This document shows positions 1 through 9,508 of a DNA stretch of 64,000 nt, piece after piece; the stretch's first letter is position 1; every line of letters begins with the position of its first letter. The notes under the pieces are model-generated. The model saw nothing but the letters and a program-made list of their open reading frames with translations, was not told the origin of the DNA and did no database searches. The position numbers and the translations under genes are program-made. The DNA lies in assembly GCA_026413965.1 (NCBI GenBank), contig JAOAJY010000001.1, forward strand, positions 125,275 through 189,274, written 5' to 3'. This DNA is from Candidatus Micrarchaeota archaeon. GTDB lineage: Archaea; Micrarchaeota; Micrarchaeia; Anstonellales; Anstonellaceae.

Positions 1-27
1 TTCGCTTTCCCATTTTTTGCATCGATT

Positions 28-1188
28 ATGACTGGGGAAGAAAATGTTGGCGCATATTCTCCTTTATTAGGCGTGAATATCCATAGCTACTTTCAGGGGA
101 TGGCAGGGATTTTGCAGACAGGATTTGCGTTTCTTCCAGCCTTGTTTGCGCTTGGGGCTTATTTTGCTTTCAAGGAACGCGAGCGGTTTGCGGCTGTTTT
201 GTTGGCTGCGGCTGCCGCTGTTTTTTTGTTTGCTGCCTCGCCTGAGATAAACCGCGCTTTCCCATTCGTGGATGGGCTTCGGCTTTTGCCCTCGTTTTTC
301 CTGCCGTTTTTCTTTTTGGCAGGAATGGGCGCCTCCGGGATTTATAGGGGCATTGCAGGCATACTTGAAAAAAAATTCCCGAAAGGCAAAAAAGGCGCAT
401 TTGACAGGGAAACTGCAGGAGGAGCAGTGGTTTTTGCTTTGATTCTTCCGCTGGCAAGCGTATTTTTCGTGTATATGTCAACAACAATAAGCCAGATTAA
501 AGGCTCTATGGATTCTGCGATGGTGGCTTTGGATTATGCAAGCATGGCTGAAATTTACGGCTTGGTGGGGGAGGAGAGGGCGGTTTTTGAGCCTCTCGCT
601 TTTTCTTCGCAATATCCAACCTATTGGAAAGATATGGGGCAGGTGGTGGCCCAAGGGCACAGCAACAACCAAGAGAGGATTGAAACCTTGGCCAAGGCGA
701 GAGCAAGATACTTTATACTTGGGCCAAACGAGATAGGAGACAACAAATCAACAAACAGGCTGGAAGATATCAGGCAAATGCAACAGGATGCGAGATTTGA
801 GCAAGTGCCAATTATGGGAAGCGCCAGGCTCTTTGTGCTCAAAGCAGGCGAAAATGGCAGAAAGGCATATGTTGATGGGGGAGAGATAAGGTGGCAAAGA
901 ATTAGGTTTGAGCGGGCAAGCCTGTCTGGCGAGTGTTTGGCAGATGAGTGCAACGTCACAATTTTTGCGGAGATTCCGCCCTATGCCTCCTGCAGGCTAT
1001 CTGGCTCTGCTTGCCAATTTGAATCTGACGGCAAAGCCGCCAAAGCAAAAGTTGGCAGAGGCAGCTTTGCTTTGGAGATTGCGCCCCAGCCCAGAATCCA
1101 GGAATGGGCTCTTGCTTTAGCTTCTCTCTTCGGGCTTCTTGGAGTTCCTCTGCTGTGGAGGCTTTTCCAAGGATTTTTGGAAAATTGA
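28..1188 (+). CDS. hypothetical polytopic membrane protein with C-terminal soluble domain and terminal TM helix
   Basis: Long ORF with an ATG at position 28. The N-terminal 150 aa are hydrophobic and the C-terminal 30 aa are hydrophobic. No recognisable catalytic motif. Confidence 0.35.
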   Translation: MTGEENVGAYSPLLGVNIHSYFQGMAGILQTGFAFLPALFALGAYFAFKERERFAAVLLAAAAAVFLFAASPEINRAFPFVDGLRLLPSFFLPFFFLAGMGASGIYRGIAGILEKKFPKGKKGAFDRETAGGAVVFALILPLASVFFVYMSTTISQIKGSMDSAMVALDYASMAEIYGLVGEERAVFEPLAFSSQYPTYWKDMGQVVAQGHSNNQERIETLAKARARYFILGPNEIGDNKSTNRLEDIRQMQQDARFEQVPIMGSARLFVLKAGENGRKAYVDGGEIRWQRIRFERASLSGECLADECNVTIFAEIPPYASCRLSGSACQFESDGKAAKAKVGRGSFALEIAPQPRIQEWALALASLFGLLGVPLLWRLFQGFLEN

Positions 1189-2055
1189 GCTGGCAAGAGA
1201 GGATAAGCCCAGCTGGATTTTGCCCAGCACGGATTTTTTCTGCATGAGCAATCTTTCATGGGAAACCCCGGGCGCAGCCTCAAGCTTGCCGGGCAATTCG
1301 ACCAAAATCCCTTTCCTCAAAAGCAACGCCAGCCCCTCTTCGCACCTTGCGATTGGTATGTTGTTGGCTGCTGAGAATTTTGGGAGGCTGATGGCGCCTT
1401 GGTGGGAAGCCACCCATTCCAAAAGGAGCTCTTGCAGATGCCGGTCGGATACGGCTTCCAGCTGTTTCACTCTGGCTTTGAGCGCCTCATTTTCCTTTTC
1501 CAGCGATGCGCATGCGAAAGAGCACCTTTCTGCCTCAGCTATCAGCCTTTGCCTTTGAAGCTGGGCTTTCTTTTGCTCCGAGGAGAGCACCTCTATTTTT
1601 TGCAAAAGAGACTCGTAAGGCTCAAGCGAAAATCTCTCTGAAAATTCCAGAGATGGGAGCAATGCCGCAGAGGCTTCGCTTGCGCTTGCCTTGAGGTTCG
1701 GCACAAGCCTCAAGCACCTGAGCAGAAGTATTGCGGCCCTCAGCCGCCTTGATTGCGGATGGCATCCTTCTGGGCAAGAGTATTTGGCTGAAGCCTCATT
1801 GCGGTCCAGCTTTATTTGGCAAAAAAGAAGCGGATTGCCATGCATGTCCCTTGAGTCTATTTTGGACAGCAGGCAGGACGACCTGGTCTGCTGGATGCTG
1901 TCAAAGCCCAAGGAAGAAAGATGGTCCAGCTTCGGAAAACTTTTGCCTTTCAGCTCAATTGGAAATCTGATTTCATGGACTGTTTTGCTTTCTTGCGGCA
2001 TTGGCACCCCTCTTTTTCCCTTCTTTCCTGCTTTCTTCTTTTTCTGAAAGCTCAA
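1117..2055 (-). CDS. hypothetical coiled-coil protein immediately downstream of a HerA/FtsK-like ATPase; true start probably internal (around 2001)
   Basis: 312-aa minus-strand ORF overlapping the 3' end of the ATPase gene. Central heptad-like segment QKKAQLQRQRLIAEAE...ENEALKARVKQLEAV. No database-recognisable motif. Confidence 0.3.
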   Translation of the reverse strand: MSFQKKKKAGKKGKRGVPMPQESKTVHEIRFPIELKGKSFPKLDHLSSLGFDSIQQTRSSCLLSKIDSRDMHGNPLLFCQIKLDRNEASAKYSCPEGCHPQSRRLRAAILLLRCLRLVPNLKASASEASAALLPSLEFSERFSLEPYESLLQKIEVLSSEQKKAQLQRQRLIAEAERCSFACASLEKENEALKARVKQLEAVSDRHLQELLLEWVASHQGAISLPKFSAANNIPIARCEEGLALLLRKGILVELPGKLEAAPGVSHERLLMQKKSVLGKIQLGLSSLASSIFQKSLEKPPQQRNSKKPEERS

Positions 2056-3496
2056 ACTCCACTTTTCCTTCGCTTCCTGCCATCCTCAAATTGGAAAACA
2101 CCTCCAAAAGCTGCTTTTCTCCTGCCCCAAGCTCGCGAAGGAGCGAGATTATGGTTGGGCGGGCAAAGCCAAAGCCTTCCAGAATTCGTACAAATTCAGA
2201 GGCTTCCATCGAAAGGCTGCTTTTTTCGAATTTGGCAAGAACGATTGCTGCCTGCTTTTCAGAAAGCCCAAACAAGTGAAGCTGCCTCAGAAGCTCGCTT
2301 CGCTCCAAGCTTATGTCCATGCCACCACCTCTCAGCCTGCAAAATTCTGCCAGCGGCTCCCCATCCACCTTCAATATGAAATCCCGTGAGCATTGGGCAG
2401 GCGTTGCGGTTTCTATATGCACAAGAGCCTGCCCCACTCCCAATGAATGCGAAAGCTCCTCATAGTTTTGGGAGTAAGACAAGGAGGAGCGGACATAGGC
2501 CCTCTCGGAATCCAAAGTGAGCCTGAAGCAGATTGTGGTGCCGCTGTTTGAGAAAATGCTTTTGTGCACATCAGATGGGTTTTGGGATGCGACAATTATG
2601 GAAAATCCGTATTTTCTGCCTTCACGCACTATCGAAATGACATCTGAGCGCTCGTCTGACGCTATTTTCCAAGCCTCATCCACCACCACGAACAGGCGAG
2701 GAAAGGGATTTTCGGAGTAGGAAGAAAGGCGCATGCTCTCCTTCAAGAATTGCAATATGGTCAAGCCAGCAAGGCTTCTTTGCTCCTCTGTGGGGAGAGA
2801 ATGCAGATCTATGCAGACCAAGCCCTCTGATATGGAGCTGATTTTCAGCTTGGAGCTGCAGAAAGACTCTCCAGAAGCCAAAAGAAGATTCCGTATTCTC
2901 CTTGCGCAAATCCTGTGCGCTTCGCTTTGCTTTTGCCTTTTGCCAAGCAGAAAGAGAAGATGCTTGAGGGTGGGGCTTTTCCATCTTCGGTAGCACTCCA
3001 GCATTGCGTCCTCTGTGATTCTTATTTGCTCAGGATAATTGCCAAGGTCGGTAAGCATGCATAAAGCCGAAATCACCTGCCTGGCGCGCACATGCGGCTT
3101 CTGCCCTCCCAAATCCATCATGTTCACTCCGTTCCTGCCAAAATCAACCACCCTGCCTCCTGCCGCCCAAACCCAGCTGGAATATTCTCCTGCCCAGTCC
3201 AAAATCAGAGCCGATGCGCCCAAGACCAGCCTTGCGCGGGTGATGAAAGTCTTTATGAAGTAGGATTTCCCTGAGCCGGTTATGCCGACCACGCACAAAT
3301 GGGGATTGACCAATTTTCTCGGGTCCCAGAAAAACGGCACCCTGCAAAAAAGCGTTTTTCCTATGTATATGGAGGAGGATGGGCGGGAGACGAGGATTTT
3401 TGGGTCAGGCTCTGGCGGGCGCAATAGTATGTTTCTTGAGGCTAGCTGCCCGGAAAGCACCTTGTTGATTTGCAATGATTTCATGAGCTCAATCAA
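1973..3496 (-). CDS. HerA/FtsK-like P-loop ATPase (DUF87-type)
   Basis: Walker A GITGSGKSYFIKTF, Walker B RLFVVVDEAWKIA, and a C-terminal helical region. Length 507 aa. Confidence 0.55.
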   Translation of the reverse strand: MIELMKSLQINKVLSGQLASRNILLRPPEPDPKILVSRPSSSIYIGKTLFCRVPFFWDPRKLVNPHLCVVGITGSGKSYFIKTFITRARLVLGASALILDWAGEYSSWVWAAGGRVVDFGRNGVNMMDLGGQKPHVRARQVISALCMLTDLGNYPEQIRITEDAMLECYRRWKSPTLKHLLFLLGKRQKQSEAHRICARRIRNLLLASGESFCSSKLKISSISEGLVCIDLHSLPTEEQRSLAGLTILQFLKESMRLSSYSENPFPRLFVVVDEAWKIASDERSDVISIVREGRKYGFSIIVASQNPSDVHKSIFSNSGTTICFRLTLDSERAYVRSSLSYSQNYEELSHSLGVGQALVHIETATPAQCSRDFILKVDGEPLAEFCRLRGGGMDISLERSELLRQLHLFGLSEKQAAIVLAKFEKSSLSMEASEFVRILEGFGFARPTIISLLRELGAGEKQLLEVFSNLRMAGSEGKVEFELSEKEESRKEGKKRGANAARKQNSP

Positions 3497-4398
3497 AACT
3501 CTCCCAAAACCTTTGTTTTGAGGATGTGCAATATGTCTATTTTTGAAGCCTCGGAGGCGATGGTGTTTGAGGCGACTATCTCCTCTGCGCCTGCCTCCTG
3601 TATCTTGGCGTATGCGTTGCCCAAGAAAAGCCCGTGGGTGCAGCCGCAGCAGACTGATGCCGCCCCGCCCTCAACCACTGCGCGGGTGGCGCGAATCATC
3701 GTCCCTCCGCCTGCTATCATGTCGTCAAGTATGACCACTTCCCTGCCTTTGACATCAAAGCCTGCCTCTATGCTTGCGACTGGGCGGAGAGCCTGGCGCT
3801 TGTGGTTTTTGTAATCTCCGCGGACTTTTTTCATGCTTTTTCCGCCTGCCTCAGACACGATGTAGGAGGCTCCTTGGTCTGGGCTTATGAAAAGCGGATT
3901 TTGCCTTCGGGACTTGAAGTAATGCACCAGCTCCCCTGAAAGCGTAAAGTTCCTTATCTTCAGCCCTCCGTAGCTGAATACGCCTGGCTTTTTGAGGAAG
4001 TGGCAATCAAAGGTCGCAATTGAGCTGAAGCCTGCGGAAGCAAGCATTTCGCAGACTGCCTCAGACGAAAGCGCCTCGCCTTGCTTCCATATTTTGTCCT
4101 GGCGGGCATAAGGAAGATAGGGGATTATGGCTTCCATCCGGTTTGCGACCTTTGAGACGGTCTTTCCAATAAGCACAAGCTGAAGAAGAGAGCTGTCTTG
4201 CTTTGGGTAGCACCTGTGGAGGACTTGGACGTCTTTCCCTCTGCATGCTTCCAAATCCCTTATGAAAACGTGGCTTTCTTTGTCTGGGAAGCTTTTGAGC
4301 TCAATGTTGGCAGGAAAAAGATATGATGAGTTTTGGCTCACCAGAAGATAGGTTCCTTTTTTTGAGGCTTGCTGGCTGCTGGAATAGTAGGCGACCAT
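3493..4398 (-). CDS. prs: ribose-phosphate pyrophosphokinase (PRPP synthetase)
   Basis: PRPP-binding motif VVILDDMIAGGGTMIRA and a Prs-type N-terminal domain. About 300 aa. Confidence 0.75.
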   Translation of the reverse strand: MVAYYSSSQQASKKGTYLLVSQNSSYLFPANIELKSFPDKESHVFIRDLEACRGKDVQVLHRCYPKQDSSLLQLVLIGKTVSKVANRMEAIIPYLPYARQDKIWKQGEALSSEAVCEMLASAGFSSIATFDCHFLKKPGVFSYGGLKIRNFTLSGELVHYFKSRRQNPLFISPDQGASYIVSEAGGKSMKKVRGDYKNHKRQALRPVASIEAGFDVKGREVVILDDMIAGGGTMIRATRAVVEGGAASVCCGCTHGLFLGNAYAKIQEAGAEEIVASNTIASEASKIDILHILKTKVLGEF

Positions 4399-4420
4399 GA
4401 TAGTATATGATAGATGGGTT

Positions 4421-4975
4421 TTAAAGCTGCTGTCTTTCTGCCCCGGCTATCCTTCTCAAGACTGCCACCAAGATAGGCATGTGCCTGGCTTTTGAGCCGC
4501 CCTCTTGGGAAGCGCTTTTGTCGCATCTTGGGCAGGTTGCCTTGCCGTTAGGCAGAATCTTGAAGTGGCTGGTTTCTTTTCCGCAATAAAAGCAGAAAAC
4601 TTGTATCTGCCTGCCCCATTTTTTCGCGGCGCAGCTGGAGTGGGCAATGGAGCCATCTGAAAGCCTGAGGGAGTGCTGGTGGGCTTCTATCCGCCTTGCG
4701 CAAAGGGAGCACTCCGGCAGCTGGTCTATCCGCTCAAGCTCGGAGAAGCAATATCCGCAATAAGCCCTTCCTCTCCTTTGCTTTGACTCCTCTTGCCTTA
4801 CGCGAAGGCCGCATTTGCTGCAGATGGCGAAGGAAGCCTCAGAGGTCTTCTTGATGTAGCAAGGTATGCAGAGCATGGCTCTTGCATAATATGCGGAGTC
4901 ATATTCATCCACCTCTGCTCCGCAAGTCAAACAGAAGACCATGCGAAAGATTATCAAAAAGCAAATAAAAAGCAA
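4421..4975 (-). CDS. multi-zinc-ribbon protein (seven CxxC pairs)
   Basis: CLTCG, CIPCY, CSKCG, CGYCF, CSLCA, CFYCG and CPRCD spaced as tandem zinc ribbons. The start is possibly internal. Confidence 0.35.
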   Translation of the reverse strand: MLFICFLIIFRMVFCLTCGAEVDEYDSAYYARAMLCIPCYIKKTSEASFAICSKCGLRVRQEESKQRRGRAYCGYCFSELERIDQLPECSLCARRIEAHQHSLRLSDGSIAHSSCAAKKWGRQIQVFCFYCGKETSHFKILPNGKATCPRCDKSASQEGGSKARHMPILVAVLRRIAGAERQQL

Positions 4976-4987
4976 AGCGTAAGCGCC

Positions 4988-5479
4988 TTAGAAATTGAAA
5001 GCGGAGACTTTGTAAAATTTCGGCTCATTCTGGCTGCCGCAAGCCACAATCAGCTCAAGCCTTGCCAGATGCGCCACCCTCACTTCCTCCTCCAGGCTTT
5101 TTTTGGAAGGGAACTTGCCGGGAGCCAGGCACACCAATTGGCTGGGCCGCTCCTCTTCCCTGCCTACGCCAGGGGAATAGACGCGCAGATATTTGGAGGA
5201 GCCAGAATATGGGCGCACAATCCTTCCTTTTTTGCGGATGAGGGAATAGACTTTGAAGGCGAAGGCAAAAAGCTTGTCTTTTTTTGAGGCGCGCTTGAGG
5301 AATTGCTGCAGGGTTTGGCTTTGGAAGGAGGTATGCTTTTGCTGGGCAAGATATGCTGCCTCAAGCGGATGCAGAAGGTTTTCCTGCCCAGGAAGCCCGA
5401 AGCCTGCCTGCGCGAATTTGGAGCGGAGAGCCTCGTCTGACTCGCAAAAAAGCCCTGCCCCTTTTTTCTCAACAAGCAC
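4988..5479 (-). CDS. endA: tRNA-splicing endonuclease, short homotetramer-type
   Basis: FKVYSLIRKKGRIVRPYSGSSKYLRVYSPG matches the EndA YxVYxDLRxRGYxVKxGxKYGxDFRxY block. C-terminal VRVAHLARLELIVAC matches the catalytic His region. Length 163 aa. Confidence 0.65.
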   Translation of the reverse strand: MLVEKKGAGLFCESDEALRSKFAQAGFGLPGQENLLHPLEAAYLAQQKHTSFQSQTLQQFLKRASKKDKLFAFAFKVYSLIRKKGRIVRPYSGSSKYLRVYSPGVGREEERPSQLVCLAPGKFPSKKSLEEEVRVAHLARLELIVACGSQNEPKFYKVSAFNF

Positions 5480-5481
5480 GC

Positions 5482-6648
5482 TTACACCCTGCTTTTTCTC
5501 AACGATAGGACAAAATCTGCCTCTTCCTCATCAAGCCTAAAGTAGCCTGCGGCGCCTTCCGGATTGCGCCTGCAAAGCTCTGCCAGCAGAGGGAGATAAT
5601 GGCTGGCTTGCTTAATCGAGCAGTGGCAGGCGGCTGCCACTTTCCTCAAAAGGCTGAGCCGCGCAGCCCTTGGCTGCTTGGTTGCGCCCATTTGCCTCAA
5701 AAAATCAGGATAGGCCAGGTTTTTGAATTTTTTGTATGGGCCAAGCTTTGACACTGCCACGCCTGCCGAAGCCAAGTCTTTGGAATACCTCAGGTAGCCC
5801 CAGTGCTGCTGCCTGGAAATCCTGCCGTCAAAAACATCCGCGCGAGAAAGGCAGCTGTACGCCTCCGCTATCTCAAAAGGCTTCTCGTATTCCAGCGGTA
5901 TGTTGTGGGCTATCCAAAGTTTCAAAGTGTCATGCTCGACTTCGGAAAGCAAGGCGGCTTTGCGCGCCTCAGAATAGCTGCCAGCTTTGAGTATTGCCCG
6001 CACGACCTCAAAAGCATTCTTTTCTGAATCTCTGGAAGCGTGCATGTTCCTTCCTTTCAAATCGTTTATCGCTGCCCGGACATCTCCGCCTGAAGCCTGC
6101 GCGATAATTCCCAGATGCTCTTGAGGCATCTCTGAGCCTGCCGCCATGCGCCGCAGCAGAGGCAAAATGGACGAGGCAGGCACTCTGCGCATCTCCAAAG
6201 GAGTGCAGTGCGGCCTTATCTGCGAAAGGCTTTTGCTGTAAAGGGAAGCGGCAGTCAGGATTATGGGCTGGCTGGAAGAGGAGACTAGCCTCAAAATCGC
6301 TGCTGCGCCGCCACGGTCTTCTTTGCCAGAAAGCGAATCGGCATCATCTATCAAAATGAGCCGCAGGTTTCCAAAAAGAGTGGAGGAATTTGAAGCATGC
6401 AAGACTACCCTTTCAACCGTTTCCTGGTCGCGGACGTCCGAGGCATTGAACTCCAAAAGCTCCCAGCCAAACTCTTCCGCAAGCGCATGGGCAAGAAAGG
6501 TTTTGCCTATTCCTGTTGGCCCGAACACCAAAAGCGGCTTTTGCGCCTCGCCTCTGCTCCACTTTTCAGCCCACTCCCTTGCGGACCGAACAGCGTCTGA
6601 ATTGCCCACAAGCTTGCTGGTTGGCTTCTCGCCTGAGGTGGCAGCCAT
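5482..6648 (-). CDS. rfcL: replication factor C large subunit
   Basis: N-terminal AREWAEKWSRGEAQKPLLVFGPTGIGKTFLAHALAEEFGWELLEFNASDVR is typical of archaeal RfcL. Walker B LILIDDAD. Confidence 0.7.
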   Translation of the reverse strand: MAATSGEKPTSKLVGNSDAVRSAREWAEKWSRGEAQKPLLVFGPTGIGKTFLAHALAEEFGWELLEFNASDVRDQETVERVVLHASNSSTLFGNLRLILIDDADSLSGKEDRGGAAAILRLVSSSSQPIILTAASLYSKSLSQIRPHCTPLEMRRVPASSILPLLRRMAAGSEMPQEHLGIIAQASGGDVRAAINDLKGRNMHASRDSEKNAFEVVRAILKAGSYSEARKAALLSEVEHDTLKLWIAHNIPLEYEKPFEIAEAYSCLSRADVFDGRISRQQHWGYLRYSKDLASAGVAVSKLGPYKKFKNLAYPDFLRQMGATKQPRAARLSLLRKVAAACHCSIKQASHYLPLLAELCRRNPEGAAGYFRLDEEEADFVLSLRKSRV

Positions 6649-6651
6649 GCC

Positions 6652-7857
6652 TTGATTATGCCGCCATCAATTTTAAACCGTTGCCGCCTTCTTATCCCTA
6701 TGCTCATCGGATTGGTTGGCGCGCCCAATAAGGGGAAAAGCACCTTCTTCTCAGCAGCCACCATGGTGGATGCTCAGATTGCCAACTACCCATTCACAAC
6801 AATAAGCCCAAACAAAGGAGTGACATACGTCCGCGCCCCGTGCCCGCATGCGCCATTGGGGCTGCCTGGCTGCAACCCAAAAAACAGCAAGTGCATAGGC
6901 GGAACCCGCCTGGTGCCTGTCAATATTGTGGATGTGCCGGGCTTGGTTCCTGGCGCCCACAAAGGAAAGGGGCTTGGCAACAAGTTCTTGGACAGCATAC
7001 GGGAAGCGGACGCGCTGATACAGGTTTTGGACGGGACAGGAAAGACGGATTTGAATGGAAACCCCTGCGATTTTTCGCCGCCTATTGAGGAGGCCAGGTT
7101 CCTGAAAAATGAGCTTGCGATGTGGATTGCGGGGATAATGAAAAGGAGGGAAGGGAAAGCCGCAACGCAAAAAGAAGCGGCAGTTGCGCTTTCTGGGCTC
7201 AAAATCAGCGAGCAGATGATTGCGGATGCAGCAAGAAAATGCGGGCTGGACATAAGCGGAGGCATGCCTGATGAGGAAGGGATTGAGAGGATGGCGCGCG
7301 CAATTGTGGATTTGCGGATGCCTCTTGCAATCGCGTGCAACAAAGCAGACGCCCCTGGAGCTTGCAAAAACTGCAAAGAACTCAGGCAGGCATTAGGCAG
7401 CGGGGTTTTCATAGTCAGCGCAGCTATTGAGCTGGCGCTCCGGAAAGCCAATGAAAAGGGGCTGATAAAATATACGCCTGGCGACTCTGGATTTGAGATT
7501 GCCGGCAATCCAGATGAGAGGCAGCGCGAGGCGCTTGAGAAGATGAGGCTTTTTCTTGCGGAAAATGGAGGGAGCGGAGTCCAGCAAGCCATTGATTGGG
7601 TGGTGTATGGCTTGATTGGAGGCATTGTGGTCTATCCGGTGGAGGATGAGCACAGGCTCTCCAACCATAAAGGAGAGGTCCTGCCAGATGCCTTGTTGGT
7701 GCCAAGGGGCACAACCGTGCTGCAGCTGGCTGAAAGGATACACACCGATTTTGCCAAAAAATTCATAGGCGCAATTGATGCGAAAAGGAAAATCAGGGTT
7801 GGTGGCGACCATTTGCTCTCCAACGGCGATGTTATAAAGATTATTGCGTCTAGGTGA
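6652..7857 (+). CDS. Obg-family GTPase (YchF/OLA1-like) with C-terminal TGS domain
   Basis: G1 GLVGAPNKGKSTFF, G3 DVPGLV, and a C-terminal TGS-like beta-grasp region. The start is probably internal (around 6700). Confidence 0.6.
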   Translation: MIMPPSILNRCRLLIPMLIGLVGAPNKGKSTFFSAATMVDAQIANYPFTTISPNKGVTYVRAPCPHAPLGLPGCNPKNSKCIGGTRLVPVNIVDVPGLVPGAHKGKGLGNKFLDSIREADALIQVLDGTGKTDLNGNPCDFSPPIEEARFLKNELAMWIAGIMKRREGKAATQKEAAVALSGLKISEQMIADAARKCGLDISGGMPDEEGIERMARAIVDLRMPLAIACNKADAPGACKNCKELRQALGSGVFIVSAAIELALRKANEKGLIKYTPGDSGFEIAGNPDERQREALEKMRLFLAENGGSGVQQAIDWVVYGLIGGIVVYPVEDEHRLSNHKGEVLPDALLVPRGTTVLQLAERIHTDFAKKFIGAIDAKRKIRVGGDHLLSNGDVIKIIASR

Positions 7858-7873
7858 AAGGCAGGTGGTTGGC

Positions 7874-9355
7874 ATGAAAAAGGCGAAAGGCTCTGCAGGC
7901 TCGGGCAGCCAAAAACAAAGCAGCAGTGGAAACCAGAATTTTGCAAATTATGTGATAATTGGGGCTGCAGTGGCTGTGCTTGCTATTTTGGCTTTCATGC
8001 TTCTTGGAGAAAAAACGCCTCCTGCTGCCTCGCCTGCCAGCGGAGCTGCAGCGGAGCTTCTCCTGTCTGCTTATGACAAGGGAGCAGGAATGGTTGCCTA
8101 CCAGATGGCTTACTGGCAGGGCGAAAACGACGACATCAGCAACTACACCCTCAAAAGCTCTGGCAAGCAGCGCTTCGCCAAGGTGGAGGGAAGATTTGGC
8201 GCAATTGAGGGATATTTCGCCTATGAGTCTCCAGAGGCAATTTGCCTGGAATACGGCGAGGCAAAGCACTGCGCGGCTGTTGGAAACCACAGCGGAATGG
8301 AGGAGCTTGCAGGCAGCTTGAAAGCGCTTTTCCCAACCCGCAAGGCATATATGGAGCAAAAGGAGGCTCTCTCCAAGCTCATCAAAAACGGCGCCATACA
8401 ATTTGAAGGCGAAATCCTGCAGGAAAATGCAGGCAGCTTTGCAGCCAAAAAAATAGCATACAGGCTGGATTACTCAAACCTCACAGTCCAGCAGCTTGCG
8501 GATTTGGGGATTGACCCTGCCTCGCCAATGCTGAAAGACCTCAAAGAGCAGAAGGTGGCTTTTTGGATTGATGAGAAGACCGGCATGGTTGTCCGGAGCC
8601 TTTCCACCTATCTTGAAAAAGGAATCCCGAAAAAATACGAGACTTTCTATTCGGAGATTTTGCTTTCCCCGCCTGATGAGATTGCCTTGCCGAATGCCAC
8701 CTTGAGCCCCAGCCGCTTTTACCAGTTTTACCAGCAGGCGAAGGCAGATTTTGTGGAGAAGGAGCAGTGCCGCCTCTCTCCAAGGCAAGAGCAGCCGCAG
8801 TGCTACAAGAACTTGGCGTACAAAAAGGACGACCACAAGCTATGCCAGCCTATAGATGAGGAGAATGAGAGGGAGACCTGCATGCTGATAATTGCCCAGA
8901 AAACGAAAAATGACAGCATATGCGGGCTTCTCCGCAAGAGCAAAGACGACTGCTACATAAACGTCGCTGGGCAAAAAGGAGACTGGGAGATTTGCAAGAA
9001 GGTCTCGGATGCAGGCAGGCTTGAGGAGTGCGCCAACGCAGCAGCGCAAGGAGCTAAGATTATTGAGAGGGAAAAGCAAAGCGCCGCGCCTGCGCCTCCT
9101 AAAAATTGCGAAAAGAATGATGACTGCAAAGTCTTTGGCGCGCAGTATTGCGCCCCAAAAAACTCCACTGGCGACTTTGGGAGCGCTGACGAGTTTGCGG
9201 TTTGCTATGCTTCCATACCATGCGTTTGCGAAGAGGGCTACTGCAAGTTCAAAAAAGACGAGGATTTCTACGCATGCATAAGCAAGATAGAAGAGGGGAT
9301 TACCCGAAAATTCATATTGGACCTGATAGCGCAAAGCCAAAACAAAAGCGGATGA
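7874..9355 (+). CDS. membrane-anchored secreted Cys-rich protein
   Basis: Lys/Ser-rich N-terminus followed by a TM helix YVIIGAAVAVLAILAFMLL. The C-terminal 200 aa contain about 24 Cys in spaced pairs. Confidence 0.4.
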   Translation: MKKAKGSAGSGSQKQSSSGNQNFANYVIIGAAVAVLAILAFMLLGEKTPPAASPASGAAAELLLSAYDKGAGMVAYQMAYWQGENDDISNYTLKSSGKQRFAKVEGRFGAIEGYFAYESPEAICLEYGEAKHCAAVGNHSGMEELAGSLKALFPTRKAYMEQKEALSKLIKNGAIQFEGEILQENAGSFAAKKIAYRLDYSNLTVQQLADLGIDPASPMLKDLKEQKVAFWIDEKTGMVVRSLSTYLEKGIPKKYETFYSEILLSPPDEIALPNATLSPSRFYQFYQQAKADFVEKEQCRLSPRQEQPQCYKNLAYKKDDHKLCQPIDEENERETCMLIIAQKTKNDSICGLLRKSKDDCYINVAGQKGDWEICKKVSDAGRLEECANAAAQGAKIIEREKQSAAPAPPKNCEKNDDCKVFGAQYCAPKNSTGDFGSADEFAVCYASIPCVCEEGYCKFKKDEDFYACISKIEEGITRKFILDLIAQSQNKSG

Positions 9356-9361
9356 AATAAG

Positions 9362-9449
9362 CGGGCCCAGAGGGATGCCCGAGTTGCTTTTCGAACCCCC
9401 GACACGTGGATTAAGAGTCCACCGCTCTACCAAGCTGAGCTATGGGCCC
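9362..9449 (-). tRNA. tRNA-Lys (anticodon CUU) with probable 14-nt insertion/intron in the T-loop
   Basis: Reverse complement folds as acceptor GGGCCCA/UGGGCCC, D-arm GCUC-AGCUUGGUA-GAGC, and anticodon arm GUGGA-CUCUUAA-UCCAC. T-stem GGGGG/CCCUC is interrupted by a 21-nt loop UUCGAA+AAGCAACUCGGGCA+U. Confidence 0.55.
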
Positions 9450-9508
9450 GTGCAGGCGATAATATAAAGGGAAGAATATAAAAGTGCAACGTCTGGAAGG
9501 TTTTTCTT

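Noticed and set aside
170-1283. Multiple antisense and overlapping ORFs inside the first membrane-protein gene (170-487, 478-672, 621-959, 981-1283 on the minus strand)
   Set aside because: Short, Pro/Arg/Ser-rich low-complexity translations are typical of shadow ORFs on the opposite strand of a GC-moderate gene.
1973-3496. Calling the ATPase a canonical HerA of the HerA-NurA-Mre11-Rad50 end-resection operon
   Set aside because: Walker A lies only about 75 aa from the N-terminus, leaving no room for a full HAS barrel. No nurA, mre11 or rad50 homologs flank it. The call is kept generic.
6786-7625. 279-aa minus-strand ORF inside the Obg-family GTPase gene
   Set aside because: It is antisense to a gene with clear G-motifs. 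The translation is Ser/Ala/Pro-rich without motifs.
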